Assembly: GCA_040755855.1 (NCBI GenBank)
Contig: JBFMAD010000001.1
Span: 358,466 to 422,465, forward strand
Source: Planctomycetota bacterium
GTDB taxonomy: Bacteria; Planctomycetota; Brocadiia; JAADGH01
Length of the DNA: 64,000 bases
Direction of reading: 5' to 3'
Under the pieces are notes generated by a model. That model did no database searches. It was given only the letters and a program-made list of their open reading frames with translations, and was not told the origin of the DNA. Both the position numbers and the translations under genes were made by a program. Position 1 is the stretch's first letter. Each line of letters starts with the position of its first letter. Positions 56,102-64,000 of this stretch are shown here, piece after piece.

Positions 56102-56923
56102 GGCGACGGCGCGCCCGATTGGGCGTGCCCCGACGAAGGTATGCCGTTCACCAAGGTCGCCGGCGCATGGTACCTGAGTTACTCCTCCCCCGCTGTCATC
56201 AAGGCGTTTGACAACTTTTGGGCAAACCGGCCGGGTCCCGACGGCGTCGGCATCCAGGATCGCTTCATCGCCGCGTGGCAATACGTGGCCAGGCGATTTC
56301 GGGACGATACAAGGTTCCGAACGGCGATTGCTCCCCCGATTGATTCTGAGGGGAAGCCGTTTGCGAACGTCGTCTTCGCGCCTCACCACTATGATCTTTC
56401 CACAGACCTGCGCTTTCCCTATGACGGGACGCGGGAAGCCGTGCTCGCCGAGATTCGTCGCGGCGCGGACGCGGGCGACCGCATGACCGCGCCGACCTGG
56501 TTCGGAGAGTGGGGCGCCATCAGCAAGAGTTCGCCGGAGGCCGACCGGCTCGTCCGAGATCACCTGGACGCCTTCGACGATCTCCTCTGCGGGTGGGCCT
56601 GGCGGCACTATACAGAGAATCTGCAGAACTTATCCTTTCTGCCGCTGCTGGGCCGGCCCTATGCGGAGGCTATTGCCGGTATACCTGCTCGAATAACCTC
56701 CGCCGACAATGAATTCCAGATGGAGTTCAAACCGCTCCCTGACGGGGGAGAAACCATCATCTGGGCGCCGCCATCGTTCAGCACAGCGGTTTCCACTCGA
56801 CTTGACCCGCCGAAGGAATTGGCGACATGGTGCCGGGACAAATCGGGGATGATTCACATTCACTGTCCCGGCGGCGTCAATACATGCGCCGTGACGATCT
56901 CGCTCGCATCCGAACCGCAGTAG
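56102..56923 (+). pseudogene. truncated endoglycoceramidase-like GH5 remnant
   Basis: In-frame GDGAPDWA upstream of ATG56141; AFDNFW, W..VARRF.D, FAPHHY, GEWG, RPY..AIAG. The N-terminus and the NEP acid/base segment are missing. Confidence 0.65.
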
Positions 56924-56947
56924 TTGCCCACCTGCGTGTTTTCTCAC

Positions 56948-56980
56948 AAAAAAAGAGCCCAACAAGATGTCGGGCTCTTT
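56948..56980. terminator. bidirectional rho-independent terminator between convergent genes
   Basis: AAAAAAAGAGCCC-AACAAGATGTC-GGGCTCTTT. Confidence 0.75.
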
Positions 56981-57013
56981 CGTAACGGTAGTTCACTCAG
57001 AAGGAAAGAACGC

Positions 57014-59164
57014 CTATTCTTTCTTCTTGTCTTCCTTTTCCTTTTCCTTTTCCTTTTCAACCTTTTTTTCGGCCGCTTTCTCGGCCGTTCTCTTCTTCTG
57101 TTGCTCCTCGGTCAAAAACTGCTCCGCACCCTCCAGGTCCGCCTTTCCGTCGAGCTTGTCCGGTTTGGCGCCGGCCTCAAACCATTTCCGCCATTCCGCT
57201 TGCAGTTTCTTGGGATCCACCTCGACGAGGTCGCCCGCGCCCTCCACTACATGCTCGCCAATAGACACCAGGGCGTCCGAGGCTGTCTCCCGCACATCAA
57301 GCTCCCGGTCGGTCAGGACATCTATGAGGTTGGGCAGGGCCGGCGCCGCTTCCCCGCCGATATCGCCGAGACTCCGCGCGCAGGTTTTCCTTACCCTCGC
57401 GTCCTGATCCTTTAAGCCGACCTTAAGCGCGCCGACGGCCTCGCCTGTCCCGATCTCGCGCAGGCACCTGGCCGCGCGTACCTTCACGTCCGCGTCCTTC
57501 CCCTTGGCCAGCACCCCTCCAAGCGGCCCCACGGCGTCATTGCCCATGTCGCCCAACTTTTCCTCGGCTTCGTCGCGGACGAGATCGTCGGCGCTCCCGA
57601 GCCGCTCGATCAATGTGTCAATGTCTCCGGTGGACTCGACATTTGCGGGGGCCTCTTTCACCTCGGCAGGCTTGGCGGCCGCCTGCTGCTCGGCCGGTTT
57701 CTTCTCACTTGCGCCCTGCTCGCCGGGTTGCGTCGCCTGCTGGGCGGCGGGCTGGCCGGAGGGCGTTTCGGAGCCGGACTTGGGCTCTGCCTGCGGCGCG
57801 GCGGCTGTCGCGGCAGGCGGGGGCGGCTGCTCCGGCGATTTCTTTCCAAGAATGAGGGCAAGCGCGACCACCGATCCAATGATGACCACGGCGAGCACCG
57901 CCACGCCGATCAGGATGTACATGCCGAGGTTCTGCTGCCCCGCGGCCGCCTGTTGCACCGGCGCGGCCACCGGGCCGCCTCGGGCCGGGCCGGGCACGGC
58001 GACAATGCGCTGGCATGTGGGGCACGAGACCTCCGTGCCGGGAGGTTCCGCAGATGCGAGCGTCGTGCCGCAGGCGCAGGTGAATTCGACCATACCGCCG
58101 GAAGACGGAGCGGGGGAGGGCGGCATAGGAGGCGGGGCGGCGGCGGCGGCCACCATATCGGCCACCACCTGCTGAGTTTCACCCATGTCATGGGGCACAA
58201 TCACCATCCGACCGCACGACGGACACTGCACCTCCGTCCCAGGCGGTTCGGAGCTCGCAAGGGTGCATCCACACATACACTGAAACTCAATCCCCCCGTC
58301 CTCGGGCTGTGGATACCCCGTTTCGGCTGACGGCTCCCCTCCGGGCACAACCAGCAAACGGCTGCAGCTCGGGCACTGAACGCTGGTGCCGGGCGGTTGA
58401 TCCGTCTCCAAGGTGACGCCGCACTCACACTGCAACTGCACCTGTTGGGAACTCGCCAAGGCGCTTGTCTCCGGGATCGGGGGCGCAGCCTGTTCCTGTG
58501 GCGGCTCCTGCGCCGCCTGCGATCCAAGGCCGGGAAGCGGCGTCGTTGCCGCCAATTGAGCGGGGTCCACTTCTCGATTCAATATGTCGTCGGGGGCCCG
58601 CACTTCCGGGGGAGGAGGGGGAGGGGGCGGCGGCTGTGGTGCGGGCGGCTCGGGCGCCGGCTGAGGCTCCGGCGCGGGGGCGGGCGCCGCGGCCACTTGA
58701 GGCGCCGGCGGCGGGGGTGGAGGCGAAGGAGGTGGAGAAGGAGGTTCCTGCCGCTGCACTTCAGGCGCCGGTGGTTGCCGACGAGGTTTGGGAGTCGGCG
58801 CGGGAGGGGTAGGCGGCGCCTGGGGTTGCGGCGAGGGGATAAAGGCCGACTCGCCGGTGCTTGCGGTCGGGGCCACCTGCCCCGGTTCGGGGACGATCAC
58901 GATCTGCCCGCAGCGCGGGCACCGGGCCTGTGTTCCGGGAAGACGCCGGGTTCTCAACGGCTTGCCGCAGGAACACGTGAACCGGATCAACTCTCCCTCA
59001 GGCGGCGCAGGTTGGGGCGGTTGCGGCGCGGCGACCGGCGACGGTTGCTGTTGCGGGGCCGGCAATGGAATGACAAGCAGCTGGCCGCACGTGGGGCACT
59101 GGACCTGTGTGCCAGGCGGGTCGTTGCTTGCCAGCATTGCTCCGCACGGACACTGAAACTCCAT
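57014..59164 (-). CDS. membrane protein with five zinc-ribbon repeats, Pro-rich linkers, one TM helix and C-terminal HEAT repeats
   Basis: Five CxCG-x14-CPxC units; TM MYILIGVAVLAVVIIGSVVALALILG; HEAT-like D..VR..A...LG repeats. Confidence 0.8.
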   Translation of the reverse strand: MEFQCPCGAMLASNDPPGTQVQCPTCGQLLVIPLPAPQQQPSPVAAPQPPQPAPPEGELIRFTCSCGKPLRTRRLPGTQARCPRCGQIVIVPEPGQVAPTASTGESAFIPSPQPQAPPTPPAPTPKPRRQPPAPEVQRQEPPSPPPSPPPPPPAPQVAAAPAPAPEPQPAPEPPAPQPPPPPPPPPEVRAPDDILNREVDPAQLAATTPLPGLGSQAAQEPPQEQAAPPIPETSALASSQQVQLQCECGVTLETDQPPGTSVQCPSCSRLLVVPGGEPSAETGYPQPEDGGIEFQCMCGCTLASSEPPGTEVQCPSCGRMVIVPHDMGETQQVVADMVAAAAAPPPMPPSPAPSSGGMVEFTCACGTTLASAEPPGTEVSCPTCQRIVAVPGPARGGPVAAPVQQAAAGQQNLGMYILIGVAVLAVVIIGSVVALALILGKKSPEQPPPPAATAAAPQAEPKSGSETPSGQPAAQQATQPGEQGASEKKPAEQQAAAKPAEVKEAPANVESTGDIDTLIERLGSADDLVRDEAEEKLGDMGNDAVGPLGGVLAKGKDADVKVRAARCLREIGTGEAVGALKVGLKDQDARVRKTCARSLGDIGGEAAPALPNLIDVLTDRELDVRETASDALVSIGEHVVEGAGDLVEVDPKKLQAEWRKWFEAGAKPDKLDGKADLEGAEQFLTEEQQKKRTAEKAAEKKVEKEKEKEKEDKKKE

Positions 59165-59166
59165 TC

Positions 59167-59982
59167 TTATCCTTCCTCAATAGCAGGAACAATTATATTT
59201 TTATTGCATGAGGGGCATGCGATCTCAGAGCCGGCAGGCTCCGGTGATTCAATGATTTCTCCGCAGCGGCACTGGAACTGCGTGATTCTTGCGCCATCGG
59301 CGGGGGTAACGACCTCGCGGCCGCAGTTGAGGCACATCACACTCGATCCAATGCCCTCCTCGGAACGCAGCATGTCGCCGCACTCGCACCGGAAGTGCGT
59401 GACGATCCTGGCGCGATAGGCTTCCTTCTGCGTCGCCGCTTCGTCCTCCGGCATGTCTCCCGGCACTTCAACGATCTGGCCGCAGGCCGGGCACATGACC
59501 TGCGTTCCAGGCAGGCGTCTGGAATGCAGCACCTGACCGCAGGCGCAGTGAAATTTGATGGCTCGTTCCGCCTTGGCCGACATTTGCTTTACGGGTCGAG
59601 CGGCCGGGGGCACAAACTTCCTCCGGCCTTCGCCGGGAAGATGGACCTGAAGGTCCTGTTTGCCTCCGGCGCGAGGTTTTAAAGACGGAGGGGGGCCGAT
59701 CGGAGAAGCCGGAGCGGGACTGCCGACAGGGGGCAGTTCCGGCAGGTCAAGAGGCGGCGGGGAGGCGTCGAATGCAGCGGCGGGAGCGGGGCCGGGGGTG
59801 GGAGGCGGGGTTGAAATCGGAGCCGGCGGCGTTTTCCGCCCCGGGGTTTCAGGCGTTGCCGCTGGGGGGGACGGACTCGTCAGGTCAACCAATCTCCCGC
59901 AGGCCCTGCACTTGACCGACCCGCTCCCCGTATCGGGCGGCAACGGCGCTCCGCAGACGCACTGCCTCTGAGCCGCACACAT
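59167..59982 (-). CDS. soluble protein with four zinc-ribbon repeats
   Basis: ATG59982 after GGAGG; four CxCG...CxxC units with a Pro-rich linker. Confidence 0.72.
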   Translation of the reverse strand: MCAAQRQCVCGAPLPPDTGSGSVKCRACGRLVDLTSPSPPAATPETPGRKTPPAPISTPPPTPGPAPAAAFDASPPPLDLPELPPVGSPAPASPIGPPPSLKPRAGGKQDLQVHLPGEGRRKFVPPAARPVKQMSAKAERAIKFHCACGQVLHSRRLPGTQVMCPACGQIVEVPGDMPEDEAATQKEAYRARIVTHFRCECGDMLRSEEGIGSSVMCLNCGREVVTPADGARITQFQCRCGEIIESPEPAGSEIACPSCNKNIIVPAIEEG

Positions 59983-60040
59983 CAGTCTGTACCTCCATCG
60001 AGATGCCTTGATATCCGGTTTTGACCGGAAACCTTTATTA

Positions 60041-60069
60041 AGGTTACACGGTTGCGGGGGGGTTGTCAA
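60041..60069 (-). promoter_or_regulatory. probable promoter of the zinc-ribbon gene pair
   Basis: Minus strand TTGACA-17 nt-TAACCT. Confidence 0.55.
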
Positions 60070-60110
60070 CCCCCATTTCTCGTATTTTTGCCCTGGGGGG
60101 AAGCGGCCTG

Positions 60111-61085
60111 TCAGAGGTCCTTGTAGGCGCGTAGGGCCTCTTCGCAGACCTCGCGCATTCGCTTTTTCAGCGCAGAGGGAGAGAGGATTTCGGCATGAGC
60201 GCCGAACGGGAGTAGCCATCGGATCAGCCACTCGAAGTGCACAGTGGTCAGGTGCAAGACGATGCCGCCATCATCCTGTTCAACGATTCGCCCCGGCGGA
60301 ACTTCCTCTCGGATCCATCGCGCTATCTCGGCATCGAAGCGGATAGCCACCTCCTGACCGGGATGCTTGGGGACGTACATCTCCTCTCGCTCATATCGCG
60401 AGATATTGAAGCGTTTTGGGATTTTGTAAACGCTGTCGAGAAAGCGAAGCGACTTGATGCGATCCACGCGGAAGGGAAGTTCTTGCTTCCGCAGGCAGCA
60501 GTAAGCCACTACATACCAGTGCCCATTGTGGAAGATTGTGCCATAGGGTCGCACGATCCGTTTCGTCATGGCATCTCGACCGGCGGTGTAATACTCGATT
60601 TCGATTTCCCTGCGGGTCTGAAGGGCTTGCTCCACCTGCTGCAACCTGTTCATGGGGTGATCGAGAAAGCCGATCCTGCTGTGAATGGCCTGGACCTTTT
60701 TCTTGGTCTCCGATGAGAGGACATGGTCAAGTTTAGCCTGAAACCCCATGGACATACGGGCATCGGCTACCGAAGATAACAGCACCTTGAGGGCGAGGGC
60801 TTCCTGCATGGTGAACCGGACCGGGCGTTTGAAATGTTCCGCGAAACGGATACTGACGCTGTCGCCTTGCAGGTGGACATCAATGTAGTCATTGGGCAGA
60901 TACGGCGGGACGCCGCAGAGGAGGACCCGTTCGTTCAAATCCTGCAGCAGTTCGGACGGTTTGCAGCCGACTACTTTGGCCAGCTCGCTGGTTTTTATAT
61001 TGGGGTGCTGGCGGATGTAGGGGATTAGGGATAGGATGCGTTTCAGCCGTCGGATTGTTTTATCAGATGCCGGTTTTTTATCCAT
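60111..61085 (-). CDS. pafC: WYL-domain transcriptional regulator, PafC-like
   Basis: RLKRILSLIPYI, DL....LCGVPPYLPNDYID (PafC signature), WYVVAYC, FRVDRI, WCX-type C-terminus. Confidence 0.8.
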   Translation of the reverse strand: MDKKPASDKTIRRLKRILSLIPYIRQHPNIKTSELAKVVGCKPSELLQDLNERVLLCGVPPYLPNDYIDVHLQGDSVSIRFAEHFKRPVRFTMQEALALKVLLSSVADARMSMGFQAKLDHVLSSETKKKVQAIHSRIGFLDHPMNRLQQVEQALQTRREIEIEYYTAGRDAMTKRIVRPYGTIFHNGHWYVVAYCCLRKQELPFRVDRIKSLRFLDSVYKIPKRFNISRYEREEMYVPKHPGQEVAIRFDAEIARWIREEVPPGRIVEQDDGGIVLHLTTVHFEWLIRWLLPFGAHAEILSPSALKKRMREVCEEALRAYKDL

Positions 61086-61100
61086 GCGATTTCCTCGGCC

Positions 61101-62126
61101 TCAACGGCCGTATTTTCCCGCGACGGCCCGGATTTGCGCACACATCTGTTCGCGCAGCCACGGGGGGGAAACCACGGCGGCGTGCTGCGCAAATGACAGC
61201 ACCCACCGAATAAAGGGAGCGACCGCTGTGATTTTCATTGTAACGACGCCGGAACCGTCCGGGGCCTCTGCGAAGGCATCGGCAGAGCCAATGGCGCCGG
61301 CCGCCATCCAGGCGGTGGCGCTGTCGAAACGAATCTTTACCTCCATAGGTTTGCCGTCCTCGAGCAGCCAGGCAGGCTTGCCGATGTGGTCGCTGAGCCG
61401 GAAGTCCGGGGGAATCTCGAAGTCCGACGCCTCTCGGCCCTCGTTCACGATGCGCACGTTTCCCAGAATCCGGGCGACTTTAAACACCCGGATGTCTTTG
61501 CGGGCAAGGCATCTACCGACCAGGTACCACGCGCCATGAGTATGGCCGAGGCCGTATGGCTCCACCTCGCGGTCGGATGTGCTGTTGCGGCCCATGGTGT
61601 AATATCGGAAGTCCACGCGCTTGCCGCCCAGCATGGCGCGAAGGAGGACGTCAAGATTTTCGGATTGGGCCGATGGGGGCGATGCGCTGGCTCTTCTGCG
61701 AATGCCGCGTTCTTCCGCCTCTGCTCGAATCTCGAACGGGGCGGGGAAGTCTATTTGTATCTTCTGCAGAGCGCTTTGGAGGGCCTCGGACAGGGGGCCG
61801 GCGTCGGCGGGGGATATGCGCGAGATCAGGTGGACGGCGGCCACGTCTTCGGGCATGATCTGAATTCGGGGCAGGTAGTAGTCGGCCTTCTCGATGAAGT
61901 AGCCGGTATGGCCGAAGGAATCGAGCGCAACATAATCAATCGGAATTCCGAGCGTCCGAAGGAACTCCTTGTCGCGATCGAAGCGGCGTTCGAGCGTGTC
62001 AGGATCTGCGTCGTCGTCGTAGCCGATTACCTCGCCCCGTATCCGGGCCCAGGGCGCGGGAACCGGCGACTTGAGCAGAAATGAAATCAGGTTCAGGATG
62101 CGTTCGGTTTTCGAGATATGTGCCAT
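61101..62126 (-). CDS. pafB: WYL-domain transcriptional regulator, PafB-like
   Basis: SKTERILNL, IR..V.GY, ERRFDRDKE.LR.LGIPI (PafB signature), VEPYGL, WYLVG, FKVARI. Confidence 0.82.
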   Translation of the reverse strand: MAHISKTERILNLISFLLKSPVPAPWARIRGEVIGYDDDADPDTLERRFDRDKEFLRTLGIPIDYVALDSFGHTGYFIEKADYYLPRIQIMPEDVAAVHLISRISPADAGPLSEALQSALQKIQIDFPAPFEIRAEAEERGIRRRASASPPSAQSENLDVLLRAMLGGKRVDFRYYTMGRNSTSDREVEPYGLGHTHGAWYLVGRCLARKDIRVFKVARILGNVRIVNEGREASDFEIPPDFRLSDHIGKPAWLLEDGKPMEVKIRFDSATAWMAAGAIGSADAFAEAPDGSGVVTMKITAVAPFIRWVLSFAQHAAVVSPPWLREQMCAQIRAVAGKYGR

Positions 62127-62231
62127 GTCACTTCTGTGTAACCACGAAGCGCGTAGAAGACAAACCAGCGCCCACATCGGATGTGGATGCTGGTCTTCGG
62201 CCCATCGTATTCCACGATCAGTCGGAGCGAC

Positions 62232-64000
62232 TCAGAGCTTGGGGCGAGTCGGCTCGATGTAGAAGATGGGGGTCATCTTGAGAGGGTATGTTCGCGCAAG
62301 CTCGTGCTTGGCGATCTCGCTCCACGGCGTGCCCTTGTATTCCTGGATCACTTGACTGAGCATGTCCCTGGCTTTCGCCATTTCCCTGTCGCCGCGACGG
62401 CCGGTGACTGCTTCCGTGGCTTTGTTGTCGTAGTAGATGGAGAAGATGTTAAATTTTTGCCGCGCCTGCGGCTTTGGGAAGCCTTTTCGCAGGGCGTCGT
62501 TGGTCACCTGGACGTATTCGCCTGCAATGAATTTGAGCTTGTACAGCATGGCCATGGCCAGGTCGTAGTTGGCCTGCCATCTCTTCGGCGCATACTTCTC
62601 TCTTCGGCTCTTTGATTTCATCGGCTCCAAATCGTCAATGGCGCGCTCCGCAAGCTTTCGCATGCCCTCGGCCTTCTTGTTGAATTCCTTCGTCTGCGCC
62701 TGCAAGCGCTCGAGCTGCGTGATCCAGTGCGACGGGCGGGTGAGCGGATAGTCAGTGAAAAGTTTCGACAGGACGCTTCGCATGCGGCTGGACTCCGTCC
62801 GCTTGACATATACGTCTCTCGGTTCCCATTCCGGCTTGTATTCCTCCATCATCTCGTCGTCGTACTTCGACGGAACGTCGCTCAGGATGTAGTACGTGCC
62901 GCCCGACTGGTGGGCAAGCATGGACTGCACCCAGCATCCGAAGCCCGACGGCACTCCGTTATAAGAGCGCTGCCCCGTCCAGAACCAGTCCGAAGGAAAA
63001 TACTCATATTCGCAGCTCTCGATGCCCCGTTCGGCGTCGCCCCAGGGCCCCATGCGCTCGCCGTTCTTGTCGCGAAGCCACTCGCGCACCTGCGCCAGCT
63101 GGAAGCTGGCTTCGCGCCCGAAGACAAACAGGCGGGTCTTGCTCGACACCATCGAATTCAACGCCGTCGTCACATTCTCCGTCTTCTTGACGTCGCTTCC
63201 CTCCTCGTCCGTCACCAACACCACAAACATCGGCTTCCGCAGCACCCCCAAATTCTTCATCGTGAAATTGATCGCATCAATTACGTTCTCCAACCCCGTC
63301 GTATCCACCTTCACCTTGTCCGTCGCCTCCACCACCTTCTCCAACTCCCCCGTCGGCTGAAGCCACATCGTCGGCTTCTCCCCATAACTCACCACCGCCC
63401 ACTTCAACCGCTGCGCCTCCCGCGGCGTCATCTCCTTCTTCAAATCCCCTACCGTCTTCTGGATCTGACGAGCAATCAGCTTCCGATCTTCCAACAAACT
63501 CTTGCTCTCGTCAAACAACATCACCACCAACAGATCATGCTTCTGTATATCCTTCAATATCTCCCCCGCCAACGCATCCACCACCGTCTTGATCGTATAG
63601 CGCTGACCGCTACCCACTCGACCCAATAACCCCCCCATCCCCGTCCCACTCGCATTAAAATCAAATCCCGATCCCTGACTCACCAAACCCGCTATCGCGT
63701 TCATGCTGATCGGCGCAACACGCATCACAGGCACTTCCGTCGAAACATCCTGCAGGTTCGACTCGGCCACCTCCTGCACGCTCTCGCTCTCCACCGTCTC
63801 CTCGCTCAGGACGTTGCGCGTCACCACCGGACGTTCATAGTCCTCGATCTCCACAAACTCCGTGTTGATCGTCACCTCCTTGCGCTTCGCTCCACCAGTG
63901 CTGAAATTGATCGCCGCCAGCACTATCAGCAATATCCCATGGATCACCAGCGACACCACCCACCACGGCGCCTGGTTCATCAGCTCCGCTATGTCCGTCG
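62232..64000 (-). CDS. vWA domain membrane protein (5' end beyond the window)
   Basis: PWWVVSLVIH anchor; MIDAS-like FDESKS, VSYG, VTDEEG; the frame stays open to the window edge. Confidence 0.75.
   Translation of the reverse strand, partial: TDIAELMNQAPWWVVSLVIHGILLIVLAAINFSTGGAKRKEVTINTEFVEIEDYERPVVTRNVLSEETVESESVQEVAESNLQDVSTEVPVMRVAPISMNAIAGLVSQGSGFDFNASGTGMGGLLGRVGSGQRYTIKTVVDALAGEILKDIQKHDLLVVMLFDESKSLLEDRKLIARQIQKTVGDLKKEMTPREAQRLKWAVVSYGEKPTMWLQPTGELEKVVEATDKVKVDTTGLENVIDAINFTMKNLGVLRKPMFVVLVTDEEGSDVKKTENVTTALNSMVSSKTRLFVFGREASFQLAQVREWLRDKNGERMGPWGDAERGIESCEYEYFPSDWFWTGQRSYNGVPSGFGCWVQSMLAHQSGGTYYILSDVPSKYDDEMMEEYKPEWEPRDVYVKRTESSRMRSVLSKLFTDYPLTRPSHWITQLERLQAQTKEFNKKAEGMRKLAERAIDDLEPMKSKSRREKYAPKRWQANYDLAMAMLYKLKFIAGEYVQVTNDALRKGFPKPQARQKFNIFSIYYDNKATEAVTGRRGDREMAKARDMLSQVIQEYKGTPWSEIAKHELARTYPLKMTPIFYIEPTRPKL

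Noticed and set aside
57030..57070. (TTTTCC)n short tandem repeat
   Set aside because: It encodes the KEKEKE tail of the HEAT protein and is not a separate element.
58590..58840. G-rich low-complexity tract
   Set aside because: It is explained by proline codons on the minus strand.
60111..62126. WYL genes as markers of a CRISPR or defence island
   Set aside because: The signatures are PafB/PafC-type, and no cas, restriction or other defence genes or repeat arrays are nearby.
1..64000. tRNA, rRNA, riboswitch, CRISPR array, IS or prophage
   Set aside because: Intergenic gaps are short and mostly explained by promoters or terminators, and I recognised none of these by eye. An Infernal/tRNAscan run would be needed to exclude small RNAs.

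Overview
GC-rich bacterial chromosomal DNA, almost fully coding, with about 39 genes. I found no rRNA, tRNA, CRISPR array, transposase or phage gene. The gene content suggests a Planctomycetota/PVC-type carbohydrate degrader (inference only): secreted GH2/GH5 enzymes, an FGE-sulfatase lipoprotein, a PQQ-like beta-propeller, a vWA protein and a HEAT/zinc-ribbon protein. Main blocks: (1) 74-12275, sugar catabolism and fermentation genes ending in a cNMP-acetate kinase-PduL triple fusion; (2) 12293-15609, small minus-strand genes; (3) a GH5 lipoprotein; (4) 17488-25875, an MBOAT/SGNH/TolB-like/paralog pair/FGE envelope operon; (5) 25990-33242, an amino-sugar/GT39/asnB surface-modification operon; (6) a redoxin, an oxidoreductase and two large secreted proteins; (7) 42251-56923, an operon with a phosphohexomutase, a galactokinase-like kinase, a ~2,500-aa protein, a second ATP-grasp protein, a Gfo/Idh/MocA enzyme and a broken endoglycoceramidase-like GH5; (8) zinc-ribbon repeat genes, a pafB-pafC WYL pair and a partial vWA gene. 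The best candidate for an undescribed system is block 7. By eye, its giant protein contains an HExxH module, the ordered motifs of an NDP-sugar dehydrogenase split by long insertions, and a C-terminal ATP-grasp ligase. All family calls come from motif recognition; no database searches were run.
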